Origin: Dicyema japonicum
Taxonomy: Eukaryota > Animalia > Dicyemida
Assembly: GCA_011109175.1 (NCBI GenBank)
Contig: RDEW01000039.1
Location: forward strand, 62,001 to 126,000
Length of the DNA stretch: 64,000 bases
Reading direction: 5' to 3'
This document shows positions 22,779-35,782 of this stretch, piece after piece. The notes below the pieces were generated by a model, which had not been told where the DNA came from, ran no database searches, and saw only the letters and a list, made by a program, of their open reading frames with translations. How positions within the stretch are numbered: the stretch's first letter is position 1; every line of letters starts with the position of its first letter. A program made the position numbers and the translations under genes.

Positions 22779-24223
22779 GGTTTGTAGGAAAAAAGTCAAG
22801 TGGAAAAAAGGTCAAGCGGAAAAAAGTCAAGTCTAAGCGGAAAAAAAGTCAAGTTGTCTTTTTTTAGTTTATATCGCATTTTTGTGATACTACTAGCATC
22901 TTTTAATTTTTAAAAATTTTTTCAATACTTGACTTTTTTTCCGCTTGACTTTTTTTCCATTTTTGAAAATTTTTCCCTTATAAATTTTCGAAATTTAGCG
23001 CAAAACGGAAAAAAAGTCAAGTCCGCTAACGAAATCACGGACTTGACTTTTTTTCCGCTTTGGTATAATCGCTTTGACTAAATCAATTTTCTGAATCTGG
23101 ACCAAGAGTTAAAAATAAAGACGATGGAATATCTCCGAGATCGAAAATATTTTTTGGAATATGTAGAGACAAGCGTTGATTCCTTAGTGTTCGCTTAAAA
23201 GAATCTGCAGAAGGGAAAATAATTCTGGTTGCTGTTTCACATTGAGACACAATCTTTGAATAGATTTGTAAGGGATTTTCTTGACTCGTTTTAGCAATAA
23301 GTTTTGCTTCGTTGCACAATTTCATCAGTTTTATTTGACTTTCGTCAAATTCGTGATTGTGAGAAATTCTTCTTTGGGAAATTCAACTTAAAATCCGTAT
23401 ATTGATTAAGTCAAAAAGATTAAACCAAAGCGAAAAAAGTTAAGTCAATTTTATTAAATTTGTAAAAATTATTAAGTGTTAATTCGTTAATTTATCCCCA
23501 GTAAAGCATATTTAAAACTGCCATCCATCCAAAGTGGACCCCGCCGACATTATCGACGTTGCGTTGCCTCTCACGATTGCAACAGAGATCAACTGGAGTA
23601 GCCACCGGGTCTCACGTGCGTCGTGGCTTTTTAGTGTAGCTAAGCGTCCAAGTTTCTTTAGGAAGCGAAGCGATTTTCCACTTATTCCTCCAGTTGTCTC
23701 GACCACTATCGGATAAAACGCGAGTCAATTTTATTATATTAGGAATCTTTGGCCCCCAAGCAGATGAGTTGGTTCGTAAGATCGGCTCCATGATTCAAGC
23801 TGTGACCAAGGATCTGCGAGAGACTAGTTGGTTCCGAGAACGTATCTCGTTGGCTATTGTTAGGGAAAAAATTTTATTATTACCTTGAAATTCTTAAATT
23901 GATTTAGTCAAAGCGATTATACCAAAGCGGAAAAAAAGTCAAGTCCGTGATTTCGTTAGCGGACTTGACTTTTTTTCCATTTTGCGCTAAATTTCGAAAA
24001 TTTATAAGGGAAAAATTTTCAAAAATAGAAAAAAAGTCAAGCGGAAAAAAAGTCAAGTATTGAAAAAATTTTTAAAAATTAAAAGATGCTAGTAGTATCA
24101 CAAAAATGCGATATAAACTAAAAAAAGACGACTTGACTTTTTTTCCGCTTGACTTTTTTTCCCCTTACGGACTTGACTTTTTTTCCGCTTGACTTTTTTT
24201 CCGCTTGACTTTTTTCCGCACTC
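22779..24223 (-). mobile_element. Mutator-like (MULE/foldback) element
   Basis: Near-perfect TIRs of about 300 bp built from AAAAAAGTCAAG repeats; 9-bp TSD CAGGCAACC (22770-22778 and 24224-24232); transposase remnant HNHE...FPSADSFKRTLRNQR...DIPSSLFLT. Confidence 0.85.
23500..23890. mobile_element. Two divergently oriented CRE C-terminal fragments inside the MULE
   Basis: Minus: VETTGGISGKSLRFLKKLG...ETRWLLQLISVAIVRGNA; plus: LGIFGPQADELVRKIG...ETSWFRERISLAIVR. Confidence 0.8.
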
Positions 24224-25559
24224 CAGGCAACCTACGTCATCAAAACGTTTCAACACAACTACGAAAACGTTTGATCAGAGAACGAAATAATTTAAAGAGG
24301 GTGAAATCGCCAACAGAAGAGAACATCAGGTAAACACGAGAACTGAACAGAAAGATCAGCAAGAACAGAAAATGCGAATAAATGGACGAGACTATCGAAG
24401 GCTCTCTGCAGAAGTACAGGATTCAATCTCAATACCTTCGACCCAGCTCGGATTCCCAGGTAACTATTCGACCTACTACGACACCATTTCAAAATCTTGC
24501 TACCTTCCAAATGGAGTCCCTCAAGGCTCTCATTCATCCCAACTCTTCAACCTTTACAGAAACGACATAGCACAAACCTGTAATGAGAACTGTCTAATTC
24601 TATCTTATGGCTACAATATCATTCTTACCTCATATAACAAAAGCATTCAATCAGCGACTCAGTCCGTCCAACAAATCCTTGACAAGCTGGAACTATGGCT
24701 CTTGAAACGGAGGCTCGACACATCACCAACAAAGTCCTCTATCACCCTGTTTTACACGTACAAAAGACAGCTCTGTTTCGAACCAAAAATCCTTATGAGA
24801 ACGAGGCTATTCCAATTACCAAAACAAGTCACCTTTGATCAGGGACTCTCTTTTATCCGAAATGTTGAGAACAAAGTAACTTTTCTGAAGAAAAAAAATT
24901 TTAGTGTTCTCAAAAACACTTAAAGACCACCTTGCCATAGCTTATGAACAATTTATCTTACCCGCGATGACATATGCAAGTCCTTCGTGGGCAATGCAGA
25001 TTTCACGCTCCTCGTCCTTGAAACTATTCGCAATCCAGAAGACTGCAGTAACGTTGATTGGACCTGAACACAAGATCGAACCTATTGAAATTCTTCTAAT
25101 TGAATTACAACGAAAATTCTCAAAGACGGCCAGTCTACCGAGCTACCCCTGTTTCATATACTATCAAAATATCTACAAACATGTAAAAAGTTTGAGCCGA
25201 TGCCATGCCAAATGAGAAGAGCTGTGCAGGATTCTCGACCCCGGCTGACTCGTCCCCTTCTTTGTCGGTCTGGGATCACTTAGTTGAAAACTTTTATTTC
25301 TTTCTCTTTGACTCAGTTATCCTTGAGTAATAATAAATTATTTATCAGAACAACGATGAACTGTGGAATGACAGACTCGGAAAATATCAGAAACCTGGTT
25401 TTTCGAAAGAAGGACATTTAAGTGCTCGAAATATCCTGATTTGATCATTTACATAATGATTAGTTGACTTGTTTCAAAGTTAATCGATTCGTTCAAACTT
25501 GGATAATAATATTTTTTTATTTTATTTTCTAGCAGAACATATTTTTAACAATTATGTTT

Positions 25560-25700
25560 ATGAACTAACAAAAGAAGGAAATGGGGATCGGTTCGCTTTC
25601 CAGACTATCTCCATTGAGACGTCTGGCGTGCTTGACCTCAGCACAACAACTCCCGACGGCATTGCTTCTCACACTAGCAACCGAAATCAACCGGGGGACC
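25560..25700 (+). mobile_element. Small CRE C-terminal remnant
   Basis: GDRFAFQTISIETSGVL. Confidence 0.4.
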
Positions 25701-26826
25701 CACTCGATCTCACGGAAAAATTAAATCGACTATATATTAAAAGTAATAAAAAAAACATTAAAATAATTAAAAAAACAAATATTTTATTAAAAATGAAGCA
25801 AATCGGGTTCCAACAGTCAAGAGACAGTGAGCATTGCTTCAGATGATTCCAAAGCACTGAGAGACCATCATGATCGGAGGGGTTTCTTAGTAGAGTAAGA
25901 TTGTATTTCCATTTTCTCTGATGAGTTAAAAAATAAATCAGAAATACGAAAATTATAATTTTCCTGAACACGTTTTTACTAATTTAAATTTTCGTTAGCG
26001 TAAAGCAATAGTAATGAAAAATAAATTCAATATTAAAAATCACGTTTATTACAATATGATTAAAATATCAATAAATACATGGAATTTAAAATATTCAATC
26101 GTTCACTTTAGATTATTGAGATTCCCAAGAATGACCTGTTCTCGAGACCTGTCGAAGATAACAATGAAAATTTTAATTCCTGAAGATCTGGAAACTTTGT
26201 AAGAATGCGGACAACAGAGGAGCATGAAGAAGATTGTCCCGTCAGATCAGCGATAGGACGACACTAGAGGAATGTCGACTATTATAATAGAAATGACTAA
26301 CTTGAATTTATGATTAATCTCGCTAAAGTGAGATTTCTGGAAAATTAAGTTTTATTGTTTGATTCAAATTTATTTTCGACTGTTAATTGCCTGGAAACGA
26401 GAGTAATCGAAAAATAAATTGGGTCATCTCATTGTATTTCCCTCTATGCCCTCCCATTAAAGGAAAAAACAAAAGAATTAAGTATTTTTATTGATTTATC
26501 AGTTTCTATTGCATTTGATTGGATTTGTGAATTTTAACAGTTTCTCCACCATTATTAGAATTTTGAGATTTTTCTGAGATTCGTTGTCAAATGTCATCAG
26601 AATTAGATTCGTGACAGGTCCATTCAGCAGGGAGACAATAACTGCCAAAATATAACAAGTTCTTAATTGCCTCAAACGTCCTAATCTTGTCATAATTCAC
26701 GAAATATTGAATAAGCAATCGTTCAGGTGGCGTCTAAAGACCGTCTTTAAATCTTTTCTTTAAAACAAATGGGCATTGTTTCGTAGACTAAAAGACACGA
26801 TATAGACGGTTTTGATTATTATCTAA

Positions 26827-27697
26827 ATGGAAAAATATGATATATCTTCATCTCAACAATTAAATACTAATAATCGACATTCAGCGTTCGACAGTCTATA
26901 TGTCACTCACAGTGAGAAGGAGTTCTTCCCAAAAGGAGTCGAAGGACAATTAAACCATGAAAATGGAAAGAATGATATTTATGAGAGCATCGAAAAACCA
27001 GAAAATGGCAGTGCAAATAATGAAAGTGGAAAAAACAGAATCAAGAGGCCCATGAACTCCTTCATGGTTTGGTCGAGGGGGAAACGCAAGCAAATATCAT
27101 TTGAAAATCCAAAAATGCATAATTCTGAAATTTCTAAGAGATTGGGGGATGCTTGGAAACTTTTGGATGATGAAGAGAAAAAGCCTTTTGTGGATGAAGC
27201 AAAGAGATTGAGAAGTCTTCACATTCTCGAGTACCCCGACTACAAATATCGTCCCAGAAAAAAATAAAAATGCTAACAAAAAAAATGTCGACTATAACTT
27301 TAACAAAACCCATCAAAGTCAGACATTCCAGCAAACCCAGCCTTTTCCGATTCACGGAATTAACATTGGGGAGGGATATTACACGGATCCGAGGTACTTT
27401 ATCAGGTCCACCAGTGACAACTATAACGGACAGTTTGCATATCAAAACTACGGGGATTTTGGGACTGGACTTCAGACCAACCAGTTTGGGCAGAATGTCA
27501 ACCAATTAATCTCATACCCGCAATTTCCAACGCAAAACTTTATCCAACCGCTTAGCCAGAGTTCTGCGTTTAAAATGATTCAATCATGTGATTACTACAA
27601 AGACAGCATTCCAAACTTAACAGATCAACCTGACACTGGACGAGACCACGTGACATATCCATATCATCAGAACATGGAACAAGATGTATTTTGTTAA
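26827..27697 (+). CDS. SoxB: SoxB-type HMG-box transcription factor, intronless; apparent +1 frameshift at A7 (27258-27264)
   Basis: [76 protein letters not shown]; the +1 frame stays open for 144 codons (27266-27697), rich in Q/N/F/Y. Confidence 0.95.
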
Positions 27698-28164
27698 TTT
27701 ATTTTAGTGCTTCAAAAACACGTTTCATCAAATGTAAATTCATCTTTAATCGTTTTTTGTGACTTATGAAATTTTATATCAAATCAATTAAATCACGTTT
27801 AAATTTAAAAACTCATAAATTGAAGAAACTCATTAAGCCGTGTTTAGGACAGTAACATATGCTCCCCCGTTTAGTCGATTGCGATTGAATGACTGTTGGA
27901 ATTTCAAAAGCTTTTTCTTGAGACATCGATATTGTTCTTTTCGTTCTTTTCTTTTTCCTTATGTGAATCCCAGAATACGACGAATCACTGATGACAACCA
28001 AGATGGAATCTTCGGGACAATAAAATGATGGTATTCTTTCAGTTGCCTTTCCTCTATTTGAAGTAAGATCTAATATCCTTCGAGTGATGGGGAGAATCAT
28101 GTCCACGTTAGGTCAGCAAACATAGACCGGCTGTAAATGCCTATGTCTAAGCTAGGTCGTGGAC

Positions 28165-28660
28165 TACGTAGGACATGTCAAACGTGTGGCCCGCAAAAGG
28201 ATTTTTATACAGTCGACGACATTGGAGCGTCATTAAAATGAGACCATCAGAAAAAAGCAGTGGATATCTGTCAATGGCGTAAAATTGAAAGGGCATGGTT
28301 ATGAGCGTTCTACGTCGTCAGAAGACGTTCATACGAACGTTCTTCGAATAACAATACTGTCTTACAAAGTACGTCAAAGCAGATAAAACCTTACAGATGG
28401 AACTATTAGAAATGCAGTCAAGTGTTGATACTTCCTGAAAAATTTACAAACTTCAGAAAGTTTTCAAAAATGATTATGGAAATGTTCGGTTCAACATATG
28501 CGTGTTAACAGATGTTTCCCTTCATGAAATCAATAAAATCTTCTCAGAAAACAAAGTTAACTGATGAACACTTGTCATTTCTGATCAATGTCAGAAGTGC
28601 TAATACAGATATACGATAGATTGTCATGAAAAAGAGACCCTCGTGACAAAAAAAACTAAA
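28165..28660 (+). mobile_element. Decayed hAT (GTF2IRD2-like) C-terminus
   Basis: MFGSTYAC*QMFPFMKSIKSSQKTKLTDEHL. Confidence 0.65.
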
Positions 28661-29399
28661 GAGTGATTTGATAATCTTGAAAAATGATCACGATTGTTAT
28701 ATTTGGCGTTGTGGCTCGATAGCATAATATAGCCGTTGTAGTAGACCTGCAAATACACTTCAATAAGATTACGATGTTTTTTAGGTTTTTAGTGTCCCCG
28801 CTTGTATACTCAAATGGAGCTTTATGATTTTGACATGTCTGGTCTACGTAGTGTACTCTATGTGAGTGAGAGTCTATTGGTTGGTATTCCGCTGATATTT
28901 GAGTCTGAAGCAGCAACATTTGAGAGGAAGATGGCAATCCTGGCTGTTGAAGAGTTAAGACAAATTCAGTTAGGTACCATTGTCACGTATTTGGTCTCTA
29001 AATATGACCATAACCAAAGAGAGAGTCTTAACGTGTAGGATGAAACTCAAATTAATAATTTAATTAGAAAGACCATCGTCAGAAACTTTCATAGCCTTCT
29101 CTTTGATGCTCTTAAGAACCCTTAGTGGATGTGAATGTGTCTTCAGTATGATCCAGTATGGAAACATAACCCTCAGTCGTAAGCGGTCATGGCTTTCCAG
29201 GAACTTTTTCTACGGACATACAGGGATGTCCACACTACAAACAAAAAATAAAAACTGAAACACTTAGCCATATGTTCGGCAGTATGTTAAATCACGCGTG
29301 GAGGCGTAATGAAATTGTGAGGTCTATCCTTCTACTTTTTTTGCAACAAGTACGGGATACAACATTCCAGAAAGTTGCGGACTCATAATTTTTTGATAA

Positions 29400-29760
29400 A
29401 GGTCGCTAATCAAAACTTCGGTTACTGTACAACACAATAATCAAGATATTGTGCTTTATGATAAGTCATTGGGGGACATAACTATCATATAAGTAGACAT
29501 TACTCACTAAGAGCGTTTGCAAGTATTGGAGGTAGAGAAGTAATACGCTTTTCTTGCAAATGGATTGGGGATAAGGCATTACAAAGTACATGTTATTCCT
29601 TATGTGATGGCATGGGATTGTTACTTACTCCCAAGGAGACTAGTTAGTGTACGTCACGAAATTCTCTCGTGCAAGAGGATAGTAATAAAGTTGACCAAAA
29701 TCTTCGCTAGAGACGGAAGCATGGATAGTAAAAAGTAGGCATTTAGTGAAGTGGAGGTAC
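29400..29760 (+). mobile_element. R4/Dong-like retrotransposon REL C-terminal fragment
   Basis: ERLQVLEVEK*YAFLANGLG...VIPYVMAWD, homologous to 46850-47000. Confidence 0.65.
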
Positions 29761-29799
29761 GTCAGATTCTCAACATTCCGACCAATTGTGGTTAATTTA

Positions 29800-30100
29800 T
29801 TTAAGGAACCCAAAGATCACTAAGAAAGAAGGTATTAAAGCTAACTAATTAAGTGCTCGTAGCTTCTAGCAATTCCCAGACTCTTCTTGAGTTGTCCGTC
29901 AGCGATCTTACAGTTTTCCCGAAGTGTTCTTTGACTTTCTGCTGAGGAACTCGATCGGGACGTCCTTATTCAGGAGTGATCTAGATTTCTTCGAATAGAT
30001 AGGTATTCCTCTAAGTTAGTTTCCTTGTTCTTTGAAGAAGCCTGAAAATCCCTGCTATTTTTCTGATCGACCTTTCTAAAGGGAGAGTAGCAATCGATCC
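29800..30100 (-). mobile_element. LINE 3' end fragment
   Basis: Ends GIARSYEHLIS* with cacttaattagttag, like families B and C. Confidence 0.4.
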
Positions 30101-30559
30101 TCTTTCGTGTGACGGGAAAAGTCGCATGATTTTTCACCTGGGTGAGTTGATGAGTTAAATTTTCGTAAAAAAAGTAAATATTCGATGGCTAATGTGAAAT
30201 ATATTTTCATGTTTTTATATTTTGCTTATTTCAAATTATCATTAAATTTGAATTAACATTCTTTAATAAAACTTACCAAACCAACTGAAGATTACCATTA
30301 TGAAAACTCTTCCGCGAATGAAGTGAGTCCGGGACTGTAGGAAGTGTGACGAAAATGGAAAAAGGCGGACCTACTTCTCCACCTTTCTTCTAAGGGGAAG
30401 TCTGTAATCGACTATTGGAGGATGAATTTTGTCGACACAAGCAGAAGTTCTCCTTTGGGTTCCTTCCTTGGATTAATTAGTTTCAACTGTTTGTGCTGGG
30501 GTTACAAAAGAATGCAAGACGGGGGTTAATAAATAAATAATTATTATGGCCTGCAGGCA

Positions 30560-31030
30560 TTAAGCACCCAATGGGAGTTACCCCAAAGTTCTGGAAGAGC
30601 CATCGTGTCATTCTAGGCTTTCCCTTTCTCAGTCCTACAAGCCGCTGATCAACATGATAACCTTTAGTGTGCTGGCGACATGCATGCCAAACGTCCCAAA
30701 AATATTTCCTGATGGATTCACAAGTCTAAGTAAAAGAATCTCAGTTGAATTACCCCCAAACAAATTTCTCTTAATATATAACCGTTTACTCTCCGGAAAA
30801 TTAAAAAAATGTATTCGGTTTGTAAGCACAACAATTATCCGTAATAATTATTCCGTCCCTAACGGGAAAATACTCTGGTATATCCAACCAATCCACGTGG
30901 TGCCATATGACTACTTGATAGAAGATTTATCTACTTTCCCATTGGCGTTATCGGATCCACCTTACTCAGAAGACGCCCAATGCTTTGCTGGCGTTCAAAA
31001 AGGATTCATTTCTTCATTCCACAGGTGACT
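30560..31030 (-). mobile_element. CRE C-terminal fragment
   Basis: DNA homology to 12600-12750 (gccatcgtgtcattctaggc); MTRWLFQNFG. Confidence 0.55.
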
Positions 31031-31389
31031 ATTTCGCTCGCTAACGACTAGTTCTAGCATCGATCTCAGCTTCTCAGAAAATGTCCTATGGATAACTGTG
31101 CTTGTATGAGCTTGGATGAGGGTTCTACTGGAACGTGTCAGGAACATTAGATTAATTAGTTTGGTTTTACTCTTGGTCTTTGGAATAATTTTAATTTACC
31201 TATCTTCCACGTGCACATATTTCCAAACGGCATTAAGGATAGATACTCGGAGATTTTCACGGCTAAATTATCTGTGCCCGATTGCGCAGGTGGGTTTAAC
31301 GGAGATGGTGACCTTGGCTTTAAAGAAGCATGGTCACCCAAATGCTTGAAGGAAGGTATAAAATAGTGCCAGTGAATGCCCCAGGGAAA

Positions 31390-33370
31390 AGGCATAATGG
31401 ACTAGCATTACTTTGCGGGGCTACAAGGTTGACATCTTGGTGGTAAATGAAACGAAACTATACTGAGGGGATACAATTCCGTGAACATTTTATGGAAGAC
31501 TGGAGCAGTTGTTGGTACAGGAACGTCTATTTTCTACCGGGAATTCGTAATGCAACTGTCGTTTGTAATATATTTTTTGAATTCTTAAGTGTGGATGTTT
31601 GTTGTGATGGAGTATGGATTAGTGTTGGAAGATTATATTCGAAGAATATGGAGACATGTTATGAGTTCTACAACAAGAATCCTATACTATCTTAATTGGC
31701 GATCTTAATTACAAGAATACAAGAATACTAGCTGCAAGACAAATCAGGACGACGTTTATAATTATTGTCTGATTCGTGTGGCTTTGTGATGCCTACGTCG
31801 GACGACCCAAATCATTATCATGGTGGGGACAAACTCTGTGTATTCCTAATATCGTCACCCTATTTGTCCATGTGGGAAGGTCCAGAACGATATGGGATAC
31901 CACATTTCAAATGAATTGGTCATTAGTATGAAGTCTGATATTATGGAAGATGTTTTCTTGAGGTTCAACATATCTCGTGTAGATTGGGCCCACTATAGGG
32001 TTTTCATGTCGAATAATTTGTGTTTTACCGCAAGAGTTTTCAACAAAAAAGGACATTAATACTGCAAGTCGAGAAGTCAAAAATTTCATGCACTCAGATC
32101 TGAATCTTTATGGATGTTAATTCATGAGAGGAATCGTCTAAGAGCAAAGTTGAGGCGTTGTGTCGACAAAATAGACGGGGAAATCATATCTGCCAGAATC
32201 ATGATGATTAAGGAGGCAATCAACAGTATATGGAAAGGCTGAAGCTGCGGAAATTGATGTAAAAATTACTCTTTTTGGAAAAACTATCTGAAAGATAATT
32301 GTCCGAAGTTGGGGGGCAGAAAAGATTATATTAAATAAACCAGATGGAGGCGTATCTATGACTGAAGAAACTGCTTCGAAATTCAGTGATCAACTCCAAA
32401 AAATTCATGGTTTGGATCCGTTGGTGTTTGCTCCCGGTGACAAAAAGGAGATGTCTGCCAATATATTGAAATACTCCGACGAGGAACTGTTTATTAATGA
32501 TGGCACTGTCAGCGTCTTGTAAGTGATGACAGCAATCAGGGACTGCAAGGTGCTCCACGTTATGACCACATGTCAATGAAGCTTATCAAGGAAGGAAGTC
32601 AGGGTCTTTTATTTGCGATGTCTTTACGATTGGTGTTTAAAGTTTGGCCATTTCCCTTAATATAGAAGAAAGTTGTCGTGAAGATGATTTCAAAACCAGG
32701 GAAGCCAAAGAGAGATTCGGCGTGTTACAGTTCAATTAGCTTAATATTTTCTTTCGCAAAATTGATTGAATGTATTATTTTCAAAAGCTAAGCAGATATA
32801 TAGAAGAGAGTGACTTTCTGATTCAAGAGCTTTTCGTCCCGGAAGACAAAGGCAGACTGTTTCTTTCTAATGAATTCTGAAATGATGAAAGCAAGGGATT
32901 CCATAATGAAAATAAACTTATTACGTCATGATATCTGAAGGCATTCGATAGTGTATGGCATGAAACTTTGTTGAAGCTGCTTGTATGTGTTCCAAGATAC
33001 CTATTTGTTTGGCTAAGAAATTACCTCCAGGAAAGGCAATCTTTTTGCAATATCATTCGAGAGAGGAGTCCTACAAGGTTCAGTTCTGACCCCTATTTTG
33101 TGAATTTCGCTGCTGTAAATTCCGGTTGAAGATTCCAAAACATCGACGATGTTTTGGTTTGACGAATAACGTCATCACCAATAAACATTTCACCGAAGAA
33201 CTGGATCGTCTATAAAGGACACACTCGCTACAAAAAAAGAAGAGCACAATTAGTCAACCGGAATTTACCGCAGCAAGATTAGTCATCACAACTGTTCTTT
33301 ACTTAAATAAAGTGTGTTTCCTGTCTAAGCGGAGCTATAGCTAATATGGCTCTGCGTTAAAGTGAAAGTA
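31390..33370 (+). mobile_element. Decayed Jockey/CR1-like LINE (APE and RT) with a stem-loop 3' tail
   Basis: KVDILVVNETKL; MISKPGKPKRDSACYSSISL; AFDSVWHETL; VLQGSVL; tail aactgttctttacttaaataaagtgt...gagctatagctaatatggctc. Confidence 0.8.
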
Positions 33371-34334
33371 GGGAGCTTGAATCGCCAGGCTGTTTCCTTT
33401 GACAATAGCAATCGAAATACGCTTTCGAAGCCATATTTATAGGACATAGTTGAACATTCGGAAATAATGTCCCGGAAAGGAAAGTAGGTTTGCTAGAAGT
33501 TCATTACTCTAATCGATTTCCTGTGCATGCCCGATAAAAAGTGCTTCTTTGAACAATAGCACAATGGAGGACCACAAACATAAGATGGCGATTCTAATTG
33601 GAGGAACTGGAATCACCCAACTGTTTGACTATATTTTGTGTTTGCCCATTTGCTGTGTTAATTAACAACAATGCCATACTCCTCCACTTGTTCCTCTCAC
33701 TTCCAAGCTCTTGTACTCCATCAACCATCGGTAGGGTTGTCTCGGTCGTCCATTGAATTAAAGAGAACATAAAAATATTAATATCAAAAACCTTCTTGTG
33801 TAACAGGCAGTGTCTAAACACCCTCTGGCAATTGCAGTAAATTTAAAAGGATTTATACTTTATCTAGAGTCACCACACAGTACGACATCACAATCATTTA
33901 GTTCTGTTTACGCGAACATTATGGTTCCATGGCGGCTTCACATACACTTCTTTCGGTCAAAAGACTTTCACCAACATCACTCCCTTGAAAATTCAGCCAT
34001 GCCTATGCTCCTTAAAACGACTACATAAGTCTAATGCTCAAAATGTCTTATGTTCTCAAAATAGACGTAGCCTACTTAGACTCCTCCCGTAGATGGAAAA
34101 AATTAAGACTAAAAGGCATCACATAAAAAAGTTTCTAAACGATGAAGCGTGGGATGCACAACATTCGGCTCAATGAAAGATGAAACACAAATTCCCGGTT
34201 ATAGAGCACATGGACAAATATACAGAACCATTATTTAAACGCCTATTTTGTACTTTCACGATCTCTATAACTAATGGCTAATACTAAGATATATTGAAAT
34301 CAAGGAAATAAAGAACACCAAATCCGAACCCCCA

Positions 34335-35782
34335 TTAGAGATCATCATTGAAAACATCTGACAAATCATATTCTTCCTCCACAAATTGCTAAAATAAATG
34401 AAACGGTAACCTGAGCTTCCTTTCCATCCCAAGGCTCTGTCGTCACAATATTTGGGAAAGACTCAATGGGGCTCGTAGAAACCTTACCAGCAACAACCAA
34501 TCTACACTCAAAGCCAAAAAGTGACCCCAAAAAGTCGTTAATTCCTTCACGATCAAACGTCCCTTAAAAATGGAGTATCTCATACGACTTCTGCTGATAA
34601 TTACCATTGCCTAAAGTCATCCACGATGAAAAACCGGATAGCCGAAACCACCAATTTCCAAAGAAGATTCCAACTCCTTCTGCACACCCCCCTCAGTCCA
34701 CAGCCAGCTACAATAAACCAGAGGCAAACCCGTACAAAGTGGAACGGGAAGAATCCGCTACTTTTTGCAGCATTTCTTGGTGCCCCGTTCTACAGGCCAC
34801 GTTACAATCAAGCAATTGGGGAAAGAATGCGATGATACAAAGAGATCGAACTCCACAAATCTCATTCCATGTGGTCTGCGAGGTCAGTTCAGTAAGTTGA
34901 GCTGAAGCTCCGCCCATTTCGACCTGTTGTTCTGCCCAACTGATCATATCATCCAGTCCACGGCCCCCTTCGTAGGTCATTCCATCAGGAGATCCCGGAC
35001 TGAAGAATTTGAGGGTAGGATATCCCCGGATTCCAAACGTGCCGACAGTCTTTCGTTTTTCGTAGAGTCAACAGCACCGACTTTGACCTTGCCAGCCAAT
35101 CTTGAGGCAACGTTTTTCCACGTGGGTGCCAGGTTTTGACAATGTTTACACCAAGGAGCATAAAATTCGACGAACCAAAAGTCTGTCCCAGAGAGCACAA
35201 ACTCGTCGAACGAGCTGTCAGTCAGTTCCACGACAGTCCCATCCCCTGATTTCTACACGTGAGTAGAAACATTAAGACTCACCTTTTCATTATTTTTGGA
35301 GCCAGCATTTCCATTCATTCGAGATTTTGCTGTTTGGGTCAAAAATCTTAGATATTCGTCCACAATCCCATCAGCCGTCCTCGGCCCTGTTAAAAATTAA
35401 TTAAAATTTTTTATTATTAAACTTAAATAATACCCGATGATTCTGATTGTTTTCCGTTAACAAAATATAGCAAGGTGGGGAACCCTCTTATGCTGTATTT
35501 TTGCATTAACACGTCGTTCTGATCGGACTCAACTACGCCGATTCTGGCAATTCCCTTAAATATAGATAATTCACTAACTTTTAAGGCGGATGCAGCCTTT
35601 TTCAGTTCAGGGGCGAGGTTTTTACAATGACCACACCAATTTGCATAGAATTCAACAAGTATTGGGGACTCTGAATTCACATATTCGTTGAAGTTCTGAG
35701 AGTTTAGCGTTATAACGTCGTCGTTGCTGCTGTACAGGTCAGCCAAAACAATGGAAAGTAATAGTGAGAAAAGAACCAACAT
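34335..35782 (-). CDS. PDIA6: Protein disulfide-isomerase A6 (P5); seven introns of 22-47 nt and two apparent 1-nt frameshifts
   Basis: Signal peptide, WCGHC and WCKHC thioredoxin domains, [26 protein letters not shown], and [10 protein letters not shown]. Confidence 0.95.

Larger units (their letters stand above)
21830..25340 (+). mobile_element. Ingi/Vingi-like LINE (family B), both ends present, internally deleted, interrupted by a MULE and by a MITE fragment (about 22070-22165)
   Basis: DIEYANPGP then IVQLNINGIK, ICGDFNAKHPLW, SDHNPI; after the MULE, LIRERNNLKR, GVPQGS and the family B 3' end. Confidence 0.85.

Noticed and set aside
22790-24220. AAAAAAGTCAAG repeat arrays as CRISPR or telomere-like repeats
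   Set aside because: There are no unique spacers; they are sub-terminal repeats within the MULE TIRs
27813-28106. Possible Harbinger/ISL2EU nuclease fragment (ISDSSYSG)
   Set aside because: One weak motif, no TIR or TSD
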